This document shows positions 40,001-49,162 of a stretch of DNA of 64,000 nt, piece by piece. Origin of the DNA: Candidatus Pacearchaeota archaeon (GTDB taxonomy: Archaea; Nanobdellota; Nanobdellia; Pacearchaeales; UBA284); contig JAVZYK010000001.1 in the NCBI GenBank assembly GCA_038886195.1, forward strand, positions 529,106-593,105. Direction: 5' to 3'. Made by a program: the position numbers and the translations under genes. The notes below the pieces were generated by a model, which saw nothing but the letters and a program-made list of their open reading frames with translations, was not told the DNA's origin and did not search any database. The number at the start of each line of letters is the position of its first letter. The stretch's first letter is position 1.

Positions 40001-43000
40001 AATCAATTGAGATGGCAAATTTTGTTAACGAAATTAATGAAATTAATGAATTCTACAATGATTTTGGGTTCAATAAAGTAATAATTAGAGCTAAAGAAGC
40101 GATGACTATAAAAGCTCCTATAAGAAAAGCAGATAATGATTTTATCAACAAAATAGATTTTAATAATTTTGAAAAGATTTCTAATGACGAATTATTTGCA
40201 GTTTTTTATATTGGCGGTGCTGATTATATTGCGATAGTTGAAAGAGCAGAAGGCAACAGATTTAGTATCAAAAGACTTTATCAAATTTATAAACAAGGAA
40301 CTGGTTGGCGTGTAAAAGAATTTTATAATGTTAGTACAACTCCTAGTTTGGCGGCAAAACTTAACGAACTTCAAATTTCTGATATTCAAGAAATCGATGT
40401 AAGTTTATGTAATAATAATGAAATAAAGTCTCCTCATAATAAAGAGATAAAATTCTGGGAGTCTGGACCTTACAACGGATTTGTTGCCTGGATGCCTATA
40501 GATGTTAATAATGGATGGTATATGGCAACGATGAGTTATAGTGGATTAGAAGGAGCGATGATTGCCTGGAAAGAAAATGCAGATATAAATACATTTTGGA
40601 TTTGTAATGTAGGGCCTGACGGCATTCCTAATTTTGATCATACACAAGGACCTAAAGGAGATGATTGTTGTACGCAAGTTGTTTTAGCTACTGGTTTTAT
40701 TCCTGAAATTGCTGGTTGCATTACTCCAGCGTGTTCTGATACTCTTGTAAAAAAAGCAAAAAATTGTGCAGCTAAAGCAATAAGAGATTTTGCAGCAGGC
40801 AATAAAAAAATAGTTACAGAGTGTGGCAATTTTAATTTAGGAAAGCCTCCAAGTGCTGTGCCAGCAAGGCAGTGTGAAGATTTCATGAGTCCAACTGATT
40901 GTAGAATTATGTATAATGTTTGTGATCCTGTGATGTGTCCTGCGTCTAGATGTGATTTTGGTGGCAGGATGTCTGTAGAAAATGTAGTACAATCAGGAAT
41001 TATAGGAAGTATAATGTTGTGCTTGCCGAATTTCGAAGATGGTAAAGGTGTTCTAGTTCCTGTTTGCTTGACAGGAATACATGCAGGTATAGAGAGCTTC
41101 ATTGGAGTTCTAAAAGCTGGTCGTGATTGTTTACAAGAACAATTGAAGAGCGGCAAAACTGTAGGTATTTGTGATCAAATAATGTCTATTTATATTTGTG
41201 AATTTTTTTGGAAGCAAATGGATCCTTTTTTAAAACAAGGAATTCCTGCTATTACAGAATCATTAATAGGAAGGGGTGGTGGAGAATATGTTTTGTTTAG
41301 CGAATCATGGAAACAGAGCATTGATGCAGCAAGATACTTTACAGATTATTATGCTGTAAATTCAGTTAAAGCATTCAAAGCCAGAAGCACAGCACAACTA
41401 GGAACAGAAATTTGTAAAAGATATGCTAGCATAGCTTATCCTACTCAAGCGAAATTCTGGGAAGAACTGGCAAAGCCTGAAAGTCCTACACAAGCCACTG
41501 CATGCTTCCAGGAAATTTCTATGGGAACTGCAACTCCTGAATCGCATTATAAAGTTTTCATTTACATTTTTGCTGGCAATGACCAAGGAGTTTATTATAG
41601 TGTTGTATTAAGAAGACCTGCAGCTCCCGGTTATTATGGACAATTCATTCCAGAAGAATATTTAGTTAAAGACGGATTTGGTTATTTGCCTGCTGGTCAA
41701 TATTTGGCCATATCTCCTGATTTCAGAGCTCCTAGCGGTTATAAAGAAATATGCATAAGACTTAATGATAAAGAAATATGCGGTTTTGGAGATTGTGCTA
41801 GCACTAGTTTCGCTATTCAAGAAATGCAAAATTATTATTTGAAACATCAACTTGAACAGGAAGTTTCTTCAATTAAAGAGTGTGTGAGTGGAAAGCCTAC
41901 GATTATGCCTACTCTGACATTAAATATACAAAGTGCAGTTGAACATGCTTTAGAGCCTCAGTTGTATAGAAGAGGCATTATAAGAGTATGCTCAACTAGC
42001 AATCCTGGAGAAAGCGTCGGTGAAAAAGATAGATGGAAAAAGATAGGTTATTGCGGTGACAAAAATGTTGGCTGTTGGCTTGATATGAATAGTGTAAATG
42101 AAAGTATTAGCGATTTAGGAATTAGAGCAGAAATTTATAATAAGTCAGAAGAGAGAGATCTTGCAAGATTGCTCGAGGAATTTAATTTAAGCACTCCTAA
42201 AGAAAGCCAGAACGCTTTAGACAATCTTGAACCAAAAATTATTAATTTAGAAAAAGAAATTGACGAGTTTATAAAGGAAATAAAAAATAAGAATCCAGAA
42301 GAGCTTAAAAATACCAAAGCACAGATTGAAAATAAAATTAAAGAAATCGATAACAAAATTTTGCCATTAATTAAAGAATTCAAAGCAATTAAAGACAAAT
42401 GTGCAAGAAATGAAGAAAAAGCCAGGGCAGAAAATAACATAGCAAAATTATATGATTTGAGAGCAAGACTTTATGCACAGCCGGAAGTTTTTGTTGTTGA
42501 ATTAACTGCAATAAAAAAGAAAAGTTGTGAAGCTCAAGGAGGTGGATGGTATGAAAAATGTCCTCAAGGATATTTTGAAATAACCGACGCGAGCGATGCA
42601 AATGAATATCCTGGCAAAAAATGTTGCAAGATAATTGAAACAAAAGTTGAAATAGGCGAAACCTTTGATTGGCCTTTAGATGATTATTATTTAATAACTT
42701 CTTGTTATGGCTATAGAACTTTAGACGGAAAAAAAGATTTTCATGATGGAATTGATATTTATGCACCTAAAGGAACTGTAGTTCGTGCGATAGCAAGTGG
42801 AGAAGTTATTAAAGCAGATAATTTTTGTGGAGAAAATAATGTGAATTGCAATAGCGGTTTTGGAAATAGAGTTGTTATAAAACATGCTGATAATTTTTAT
42901 AGCGCTTATCATCATTTAAGTAAAGTTCATGTAAGTGTTAATGATAAAGTAAAAAAAGGAGACAAAATAGGAGAAGTTGGAAATACCGGTTACAGTACTG

Positions 43001-44448
43001 GTTCACATCTTGATTTTAAAGTTTATATAAACTCACAAGATATTGAAAAGGAAGATGCTGGAAAACATCCTTTGTGTTTCTTTCCTAGGGATATATTATA
43101 TAGAATAGGAGTTGATTCTGAAGCTGTGAATAATTTTAATAATTATAGTGAAAATAAAGAATATGGAGGTTGTATACCTAACGAGAGTTATTGTGATAAA
43201 TTGTTAGAAGAGATCCCTAAGGAAACTGGTATAATATCTAGAGTTTTTCTTGTTTCAAAAGTCAATAATGGAAATTTTGGATTAGGGAATAGATTAGTTG
43301 ATTATGAAGATGATGTTAAAATTTGTGCTGTAATTAAAATAGGAGAAAACTATTATTCCTACGAGAATTTTAATTTGAATAATAACATTCAAGTTGAAAG
43401 ATACAACGGCAATTTGAATTTTAATTTTAGATGGTATAATATTGTTCCTTATCAGAAGCCTACTGATGGAAATGGAAGGCCCTATAAAGTTGCCAATTTT
43501 GAAGAAAATGGCGAGCATTACTGGGACCTTATTCAATATCAACAAAAAAAATTGTCAGAAAATGGTTGGTGTATAAATCAAACAGAAGTTAATCCTCGTG
43601 AAGGAACATATTGGTATAGGGTTGAAGTTGAAGTTAATGGCATTATATATTCTTCATTAGGAAGGCCGGCAACGGCTCAAGATAAATATGAATTTGAAGA
43701 TGATCTTTATTATTGTGGAAATGGTGCAATAAATTTTGATAGATACAATAACATATGGAATACTCTTTTAGAACCAAGAGCATATGAAGGTTGTGTTGGG
43801 ATAAGTAGAGAGGTAATGAGAATAAGCAGGAAGTCAAATTATAGTGAAACTATTTGTGTTCAAAACGGTTATGATTCTAATCACATAAGATGTAAATTTT
43901 TATCTACAGTAGAGGCATTTAAAAATGTTCCTTTTGCTTATGGCGTTGATTTTTATGATAATTATAGAGAACATCATTCTAAGAATTTTATTGCTATAGA
44001 TTGTGTGGATTTGATGCTTTCTTCTTTAAGTCATGCTACAGGAAAAGATTTATATCAGGAGCTTAAAGAAGAAAATAGATTATTTGAAGGATTTATTAAG
44101 AAAAACAATATATTTAAACAGGATAATGTCAATAAGGTAGAAAAATGGAATATCAATGTTATTTTAGGATCGCAATTGCCTTTTAATCAATTCGCAAGAA
44201 GCACTTTGGAAATAGGAGATATTTTGTTTCAATTTGATGAAAAAAAAGGAGTTTATGATAATACTCTAATTCTTTATAGCGATAAAAATAGAAATAAAAT
44301 TTTAGATAGAGATGATTTAGTGATTTGCGCAAATTCTGATTGTCATCAAGGTGATTTGCATCAAGGTGATTTGTGTTTATTGAGACCTGATTACTATAGC
44401 GGTAATTTTACGATAGTTAAACCTAATTCTTTATCTTTGCCGAGTTGA
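37084..44448 (+). CDS. Giant secreted protein (2454 aa) with Cys-rich module, coiled coil and M23/LytM peptidase domain
   Basis: Signal peptide 'MKRIVLIFFVVLFSIVLIRAQN'. M23 signature 'DFHDGIDIYAPKGTVVRAIASGEV...GNRVVIKHADNFYSAYHHL...GEVGNTGYSTGSHLDFKV' at nt ~42650..43040. Cys-dense region at ~40600..41250. K/E-rich coiled coil at ~42130..42480. Confidence 0.8.
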   Translation: MKRIVLIFFVVLFSIVLIRAQNLPLETLQTPSPPSEFYQSLEASPYLYPSYESNPWMQTQWQQDYCNKTGMDFLVMIEPSACSPAVVRSDLLEEEDVPVLCRMTAVKINPLIQVPYIKSIIPTVENKSNEIGFVNFIPARIALSYAAPFDKKNANFEGVPTMNNLGYLWIQLKQQPTESKMPDNVKVNMSVKIKYDVARTYGIVENQFVLPLLNQDEWQQRYKEFGFWRGKGYLRLQEVTGPNTAKIAIYTNPNSAPIRVVELREGADPSLKDEIKLPGFYCGAGVRLKLDKITTPTTRVRLLVNGNEMVLEGGDYIGDSGCKVDFISSSSSYGGSVTIWCPTESRVLTIKDHSAQIQIEDDVFEAAVGTELNFSLKENKTGHIYVGFIGKEYSTEGFTDFVLLFSKGKDYESIKEGDSKKIINEINEYIKRNRGANLDVSYTETRWVTELKNFIKDKPYARNLNFNILKLGTTIEIEGHRFKVLSVSGPEQVYYTKDVEARYKEAIQRWRDLSYAYANQPSPQGSYYGVIALRNAANLAKDMHKRIDEAELLRELINKYASSEEPEIIAEVDAAREDLRRATFGGNRVTSIMTSMGSYSIELISIEKPGLGTKEARVEINDSPAVLIIDDNVDSWDVIDITENSVKFRNASNVEETISVGNYKYLGNTKVKVLGTTLKREAKVTILPFEKERETITNFSVQIGIEKRAIKLAPEKTNELIEKLNKQIATLENVKNNLEKILSVWRKACFVTAGSLWIKNFVTGLSGEAYARKIAMKSWTKACADVGFRREINAKSISDCYRIKEKEINDDIKLVKEAVNKANKFIKEVKSVEGVQVRGGLFGLSQMTDDKKFMEVAQKNFPSDLKNIEIYEYKELRRITKGDGKIEFRGEIFDDIDSLYAKYKDVDRSEVAKVLERKVTSGEIVSKIDVLYKNNRLFKDDVKELVVDLELYKQCQEKQSVLCEDIFKGSFGKSIEMANFVNEINEINEFYNDFGFNKVIIRAKEAMTIKAPIRKADNDFINKIDFNNFEKISNDELFAVFYIGGADYIAIVERAEGNRFSIKRLYQIYKQGTGWRVKEFYNVSTTPSLAAKLNELQISDIQEIDVSLCNNNEIKSPHNKEIKFWESGPYNGFVAWMPIDVNNGWYMATMSYSGLEGAMIAWKENADINTFWICNVGPDGIPNFDHTQGPKGDDCCTQVVLATGFIPEIAGCITPACSDTLVKKAKNCAAKAIRDFAAGNKKIVTECGNFNLGKPPSAVPARQCEDFMSPTDCRIMYNVCDPVMCPASRCDFGGRMSVENVVQSGIIGSIMLCLPNFEDGKGVLVPVCLTGIHAGIESFIGVLKAGRDCLQEQLKSGKTVGICDQIMSIYICEFFWKQMDPFLKQGIPAITESLIGRGGGEYVLFSESWKQSIDAARYFTDYYAVNSVKAFKARSTAQLGTEICKRYASIAYPTQAKFWEELAKPESPTQATACFQEISMGTATPESHYKVFIYIFAGNDQGVYYSVVLRRPAAPGYYGQFIPEEYLVKDGFGYLPAGQYLAISPDFRAPSGYKEICIRLNDKEICGFGDCASTSFAIQEMQNYYLKHQLEQEVSSIKECVSGKPTIMPTLTLNIQSAVEHALEPQLYRRGIIRVCSTSNPGESVGEKDRWKKIGYCGDKNVGCWLDMNSVNESISDLGIRAEIYNKSEERDLARLLEEFNLSTPKESQNALDNLEPKIINLEKEIDEFIKEIKNKNPEELKNTKAQIENKIKEIDNKILPLIKEFKAIKDKCARNEEKARAENNIAKLYDLRARLYAQPEVFVVELTAIKKKSCEAQGGGWYEKCPQGYFEITDASDANEYPGKKCCKIIETKVEIGETFDWPLDDYYLITSCYGYRTLDGKKDFHDGIDIYAPKGTVVRAIASGEVIKADNFCGENNVNCNSGFGNRVVIKHADNFYSAYHHLSKVHVSVNDKVKKGDKIGEVGNTGYSTGSHLDFKVYINSQDIEKEDAGKHPLCFFPRDILYRIGVDSEAVNNFNNYSENKEYGGCIPNESYCDKLLEEIPKETGIISRVFLVSKVNNGNFGLGNRLVDYEDDVKICAVIKIGENYYSYENFNLNNNIQVERYNGNLNFNFRWYNIVPYQKPTDGNGRPYKVANFEENGEHYWDLIQYQQKKLSENGWCINQTEVNPREGTYWYRVEVEVNGIIYSSLGRPATAQDKYEFEDDLYYCGNGAINFDRYNNIWNTLLEPRAYEGCVGISREVMRISRKSNYSETICVQNGYDSNHIRCKFLSTVEAFKNVPFAYGVDFYDNYREHHSKNFIAIDCVDLMLSSLSHATGKDLYQELKEENRLFEGFIKKNNIFKQDNVNKVEKWNINVILGSQLPFNQFARSTLEIGDILFQFDEKKGVYDNTLILYSDKNRNKILDRDDLVICANSDCHQGDLHQGDLCLLRPDYYSGNFTIVKPNSLSLPS

Positions 44449-44459
44449 CTCTAATATTT

Positions 44460-44723
44460 CTAATATTGTCCGCCGTAAACGCCTTGACCTTGTCCTTTCT
44501 TTTTGGTTGGCATGTAAACGCCTTGACCTTGTCCTTTCTTTTTGATTGGTTTGTATGAACCAGATTCATAAACTATTGTTGGTTCTTCTCTAACTTTTTC
44601 TTCTATCGTTTTAGGCGCTGTAGCTCTTCCGATGTAAAAGGTTCCAGCTGCTACGCCTATTAAGATAGGCCATCTTGCTATTTTCCATATTCTATCCCAT
44701 CTAATTCTCATTTTATTTTTCAC
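44460..44723 (-). CDS. Small membrane protein with tandem KKKGQGQGVY repeat
   Basis: TM 'IARWPILIGVAAGTFYIG'; C-terminal twice-repeated 13-aa unit encoded by a 39-bp tandem DNA repeat. Confidence 0.4.
   Translation of the reverse strand: MKNKMRIRWDRIWKIARWPILIGVAAGTFYIGRATAPKTIEEKVREEPTIVYESGSYKPIKKKGQGQGVYMPTKKKGQGQGVYGGQY
44475..44552. repeat. Two tandem copies of a 39-bp direct repeat inside the 44460..44723 CDS
   Basis: 'gtaaacgccttgaccttgtcctttctttttg' recurs with a 39-nt period (44475 and 44514). Confidence 0.8.
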
Positions 44724-44793
44724 CTCCTAAAATATCAAAGAAAAACGTCTTTATAAATCTTTCGTTTTGTAGTAATCGTGCAGTGGTTACAAA

Positions 44794-44877
44794 TGCGGGG
44801 AGTAGGATTCGAACCTACGCAGGCACTAAGCCACATGGTCCTAAGCCATGCCCGTTTGACCACTCCGGCATCCCCGC
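44794..44877 (-). tRNA. tRNA-Leu (anticodon TAG), class II with long variable arm
   Basis: Reverse complement GCGGGGA...; anticodon stem CATGG/CCATG with loop CTTAGGA; extra arm; T-arm TAGG-TTCGAAT-CCTA; 84 nt. Confidence 0.8.
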
Positions 44878-44959
44878 TCAAAGTTATTTTTTAAAATAAA
44901 GTTTAACGACTTTTAAAAACTTTGTAAAGTTCTGAAGAATTTTGAAAGAAATCTTTAAT

Positions 44960-45283
44960 TTAAGATGCTGCTGTTGATGGTGAAATATAGATTATCGTGT
45001 CGCCACGTACAAAAGCCAACCCTATGTTTCTTTTAATTTCTCCGTTAACTAGTTCTTTTGTATTTTCTAGAACAATGTTGATATGTATGTCGAATGCCAT
45101 CAAAGTACCAACAAGCTGAGTGTCGTTTTTAAGAGTCACTAAAATTTCCTTTCCTTTTGACTGATTCAACAAATCTAAAGGTCTTTCAATTCCATTTCCC
45201 ATTTTAGTTTTTTCTTGCACAAGCAAGATTTCGTTTATTTTTAAACTTTTCTTCTTTTTCATTTTCTTGTCTTTGCTCACCAA
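44960..45283 (-). CDS. Sm-like (LSm) archaeal protein with Lys-rich N-terminal extension
   Basis: Sm1/Sm2 motifs 'ILVTLKNDTQLVGTLMAFDIHINIVLENTKE ... IGLAFVRGDTIIYIS'. Confidence 0.7.
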   Translation of the reverse strand: MVSKDKKMKKKKSLKINEILLVQEKTKMGNGIERPLDLLNQSKGKEILVTLKNDTQLVGTLMAFDIHINIVLENTKELVNGEIKRNIGLAFVRGDTIIYISPSTAAS

Positions 45284-45381
45284 ATTTTTTTACTTTAGTT
45301 GTCATTTTATAGTTATTACAATAGAAAAATTTAAAAAGGTCAAAAATCTCTAAATTTAGTTAAAAATTAAAATAAATTAAA

Positions 45382-46725
45382 ATGACAATAGCAAATTTTA
45401 TTTTGCCTTTATTTTTGATTAATGACATAGGTTATGAAATTAGAAACGACACTATATTTGTTCGAGCACACTTTTATCCAGAAGAAAAAACAATCTACAA
45501 TTCTGTAAATAATAAATTAAGAGCGTTAGAAAAACATTTAGAAAAGAAGACGGGAAAAGATTTGGTTTTTCCTAGCGCTAAGAAAGTTGTTGAAGAATGC
45601 GGGCTAGGCTGCATTCAGCCTTGTAATGATTACTTTTTTTTCCTGTATCCAAAATCACACAAAAAACCAATGCCAAAGCCGACACCAAAACCAACTCCGA
45701 AGCCAGCACCAAAAATTCCAGAAAAGATTGAAATTAAAATTCCAGATAGTTTAAAAGTAAAAGTGGATTTAGACACTCTGGTATTGAAAGTTCCTGATGT
45801 GTTGCCAGAATCTATAATAGTAAGACATGAAATTGCGGCGGATTCTACTTTGTTAAAATATTTAGAAGAACTTAAAAGACAAGTTAAAAGCGAAACTGTT
45901 TTTGTTGCTCCGACAGTTCCCACAATTCCAACTGTTCCAGATTCAAATAAAGCAGAGGAAGGATTTTTTGAAATAGACAATATTAAAGGAAATAGTTTTT
46001 ATATAGGAACTTTTTATAGAAAAGACAATCAGGAATTGTTGGTTTTTCCTTTAGGTTTTGATTTTAAAACACAAGGAAAAATTCGTTTTGATTGTGCCTT
46101 GGATTTATTGATTTTAAATTTGATTAATTCTAGCAATGAATTAACTAATAATGGTTTGGTTGATTGTCGCGCTGGAATTTATAATAAAAATTTAGGAGGA
46201 GGATTAGACTTTGTTGCAGATTCTAGTAGAGCTTTTTATTCTGGCATTTATGGAAAAGGAGCCTTGAGTTTAGGAAAACCGGTTGTTTATGGAATTGTAG
46301 GAGTAAACTTTAATTTGAATGGAAATAACGATAATAAGTACAGGCACTATGTTATTTCTGGAATAACTTATGAGGCCGGTTCAAGAAAATTTATGTTTAA
46401 TCTCGAAGGAAAAAGCAGTCATGATTTGTTGCAAGATAAATATTTGAATTCTGCAAAATTAGATTTAGGATTTGGAGACAAGACCAGATTGTTGGTGGGA
46501 ATTGGAGGCAAGACAGAATTGGATATGGAAACTATAGGGGATGCTACTTTTAAAGAATTTATGCAAAAAACAGAATTATCTGGAAGCATAGGAGCTGAAT
46601 GGCATTTAGATGAAAAAAGCAGTTTATATATTAAAGCAAGCACTAGTGGGAAGTGGAATGAAGATAGAGAATATAAAACAGTACAACAAGGTGTAGAAAC
46701 AGGAGTTAAATTTTATTTTAAGTAA
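45382..46725 (+). CDS. Hypothetical secreted protein with Pro/Lys/Thr linker and beta-rich C-terminal domain
   Basis: 'KKPMPKPTPKPTPKPAPKIPEK' low-complexity linker; Gly/aromatic-rich alternating C-terminal half. Confidence 0.4.
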   Translation: MTIANFILPLFLINDIGYEIRNDTIFVRAHFYPEEKTIYNSVNNKLRALEKHLEKKTGKDLVFPSAKKVVEECGLGCIQPCNDYFFFLYPKSHKKPMPKPTPKPTPKPAPKIPEKIEIKIPDSLKVKVDLDTLVLKVPDVLPESIIVRHEIAADSTLLKYLEELKRQVKSETVFVAPTVPTIPTVPDSNKAEEGFFEIDNIKGNSFYIGTFYRKDNQELLVFPLGFDFKTQGKIRFDCALDLLILNLINSSNELTNNGLVDCRAGIYNKNLGGGLDFVADSSRAFYSGIYGKGALSLGKPVVYGIVGVNFNLNGNNDNKYRHYVISGITYEAGSRKFMFNLEGKSSHDLLQDKYLNSAKLDLGFGDKTRLLVGIGGKTELDMETIGDATFKEFMQKTELSGSIGAEWHLDEKSSLYIKASTSGKWNEDREYKTVQQGVETGVKFYFK

Positions 46726-46730
46726 TTGTT

Positions 46731-47141
46731 TTGCAGTTTTTTAGAAAGATATTTAAATCACTGCAAGATATTTTTTTCATGCCAACTGGAAGAAAAATAA
46801 CTGGTGGAAAATATAAGAAATTCAGAAAGAAAAAGTTACATGAATTACAAAGACAACCAAGGTATGTTCTCTTAGGAGAAGAGAAAAAAAAGATAATTAG
46901 ATGCAGAGGTGGAAAATTAAAAACAGTTCTTCTTAGAACTAATAAAGCGAATGTTATGGATACTAAAAACCATAAAGCCAAAGTAGTCAAAATAGTGAAT
47001 GTTTTGGAGGTTCCTAGCAATAGATTTTTAGCAAGAAAAAACGTTCTTGTTAAAGGGGCAATAATCGAAACAGAAATAGGAAAAGCAAAAATAACTAATA
47101 GACCAAGTCAAGAAGCTTCTGTTGAGGCGGTTCTTATTTAA
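46731..47141 (+). CDS. rps8e: 30S ribosomal protein S8e
   Basis: 'TGRKITGGKYKKFRKKKLHELQRQP ... IRCRGGKLKTVLLRTNKANV' matches the S8e signature. The likely true start is the internal Met (MPTGRK, nt 46779). Confidence 0.8.
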   Translation: MQFFRKIFKSLQDIFFMPTGRKITGGKYKKFRKKKLHELQRQPRYVLLGEEKKKIIRCRGGKLKTVLLRTNKANVMDTKNHKAKVVKIVNVLEVPSNRFLARKNVLVKGAIIETEIGKAKITNRPSQEASVEAVLI

Positions 47142-47237
47142 GATTTATGTTTTCTATTTTTTTAAAAAGATTTAAAAATCTTTTCATAGAAAGATTTATA
47201 AAGCTTTTTTAACTCGCTTAAAGTGAATTAGTTTAAG

Positions 47238-48182
47238 ATGCCTACCACTTTTATAAAAAAATGCCCGGAATGTGGTTCTACAGAATTAATCTATGATGAG
47301 CAAAAAGGTGAAATAATTTGTTCGAAATGCGGACTTGTTGTTGAAGAAAAGATGATTGATTTAGGACAAGAGTGGCAGCAGTTTGAAGAAGGAGAGAAAA
47401 AAGGGAGAGGCGGCGCTCCATTGACAATGCAGAAATTCGATCAAGGTTTAACTACCAATGTTGGAGAAATTAGTGATATTTATCAGCTAGGTTCTGAAAA
47501 AAGAATTAGGAAATTTTTTAGACTTAAAAAATGGCAAGAAAGAGTTTCTACGAGCATTGAAAGGAATTTAAGATTGGCTATGGCAGAACTTCGTCGTGTT
47601 GCTTCTTTTTTGAATTTGCCAAACTTCGTTAAAGAAGAAGCTTCGAGAATTTATAATCTTGTATTGCAACGAGGACTTGTAAGAGGTCGTTCAATGGAAT
47701 CTGTAGTTTCATCTTGTATTTATGCTGCTTGCAGAATTTACAACATTCCTAGAACTTTAGATGAAATTTCAGCAGCAAGCGAAGTTGAAAGAAAAGAAAT
47801 AGGTAGAACATATCGTTTTATAGCCAGGAAGTTGGCATTAAAAATAGTTCCTAGCAGTCCTAAAGATTATATTGCTCGTTTCGCTACAATGTTACATCTT
47901 TCGCCTAAGACACAAAGTGATGCATTAAGAATATTGAAAAAGGCAGAAACATCTGAATTGACAAGTGGTCGCGGTCCTGCAGGAATTGCAGCAGCTGCCT
48001 TATATGTGGCGGCTTTACTTAACGATGAAAAAAAGACTCAGAGAGAAGTGGCAGATGTTGCAGGAATAACAGAAGTTACGATTAGAAATAGATATAAAGA
48101 GCTTTTAGAAAAATTAGGAATGGAAGAGAAGCTGAAAATTAAAGAAGCTGAAGCAAGAGCTGAAAAAGAGAAAAAGAAATAA
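47238..48182 (+). CDS. tfb: Transcription initiation factor TFB (TFIIB)
   Basis: N-terminal zinc ribbon 'CPECGSTELIYDEQKGEIICSKCG', B-reader/linker, and two cyclin-fold repeats. 314 aa. Confidence 0.9.
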   Translation: MPTTFIKKCPECGSTELIYDEQKGEIICSKCGLVVEEKMIDLGQEWQQFEEGEKKGRGGAPLTMQKFDQGLTTNVGEISDIYQLGSEKRIRKFFRLKKWQERVSTSIERNLRLAMAELRRVASFLNLPNFVKEEASRIYNLVLQRGLVRGRSMESVVSSCIYAACRIYNIPRTLDEISAASEVERKEIGRTYRFIARKLALKIVPSSPKDYIARFATMLHLSPKTQSDALRILKKAETSELTSGRGPAGIAAAALYVAALLNDEKKTQREVADVAGITEVTIRNRYKELLEKLGMEEKLKIKEAEARAEKEKKK

Positions 48183-48204
48183 AAACGTTAGATTTGAAAG
48201 GAAA

Positions 48205-49104
48205 TTATAGAGAAATTTTCATAAAATCTTTTGCTAAAAAACTGTTTTTGAAAGTTTTTTTTGCTTCTTCAAGAATCACGTTTTCTTTTTTGGCATAACG
48301 TTGAGAAAGATGCAGCAATATTAATTTTTCAACTTTAGCCTTTTTTGCTATAGTTGCCGCTTGTTGAGCGGTTAAATGACCTCGCTCTAAAGCTTTATTC
48401 AAATGTTCTTTATGTAAAAAAGTGGCTTCTGAAATAAGAATATTTGAGCCTTTTGCAGCTTTAATACAATTTTCATTATATAATGTATCGATAATAAAGG
48501 AAATTTTTCTACCTTTTCTTAAGGTCGTAACATCTTTGGCTTTTATTCTTTTTCCTTGATATGTTATGTTTTTACCTTCCTGTAATTGTTTTAATATTGG
48601 GCCTTGTTTTATTCCCAATTTTTTTATTTTATCAATATTTATTTTATATTTATCTTTTTCAACAAATTTATAAGCAAGACAAGGAGTGAAATGTTTCATA
48701 AAATGAGCTTCAATATAAAAGTCAGAAGTTTCAAGGAATTTTCCTTCATGTAGCAATTCGTGAATTTCTGTTTTTAACTTTTCTTTAAAAACAAAAGTTT
48801 TTAGAAGCAGACTGAAAAACTTTTTAGTTCCTTTCGGGCCATAAATATGTAAAACTTTAGAATAGTTATTTAAAGCAAGTGTTTGAATTAAGCCAGGCAG
48901 GCCAAGAACATGATCGCCATGCCAGTGTGTTATTAATATTCTAGTAATTTTACAAGGATTTAGTTTCGCTATCTTAAGTTGTCTTTGAGTACCTTCACCA
49001 CAATCTATTAGAATGTTTTCATTTTTGTAGTTTAAAAGTATGGCTAATTGATTCCTTTCTGGAGTAGGAGTTGCTTCACTTGTCCCTAGAAATGTGATTT
49101 CCAT
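48205..49104 (-). CDS. rnz: Ribonuclease Z (tRNA 3' endonuclease, metallo-beta-lactamase fold)
   Basis: 'ILIDCGEGTQRQL' and the 'ITHWHGDHVLGLPGL' HxHxDH motif; 299 aa. Confidence 0.8.
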   Translation of the reverse strand: MEITFLGTSEATPTPERNQLAILLNYKNENILIDCGEGTQRQLKIAKLNPCKITRILITHWHGDHVLGLPGLIQTLALNNYSKVLHIYGPKGTKKFFSLLLKTFVFKEKLKTEIHELLHEGKFLETSDFYIEAHFMKHFTPCLAYKFVEKDKYKINIDKIKKLGIKQGPILKQLQEGKNITYQGKRIKAKDVTTLRKGRKISFIIDTLYNENCIKAAKGSNILISEATFLHKEHLNKALERGHLTAQQAATIAKKAKVEKLILLHLSQRYAKKENVILEEAKKTFKNSFLAKDFMKISL

Positions 49105-49162
49105 AATTAATTTAATAAAGCAAGTTTTAAATATTTATCTTATTTTTTAGAAAGATAAAAAG

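Noticed and set aside
45382-46725. Outer-membrane beta-barrel (bacterial OMP-like) interpretation of the C-terminal alternating pattern.
   Set aside because: The C-terminus ends 'KFYFK' rather than an aromatic terminal residue, and archaea of this type are not known to have outer membranes. A beta-sandwich surface domain is the more conservative reading.
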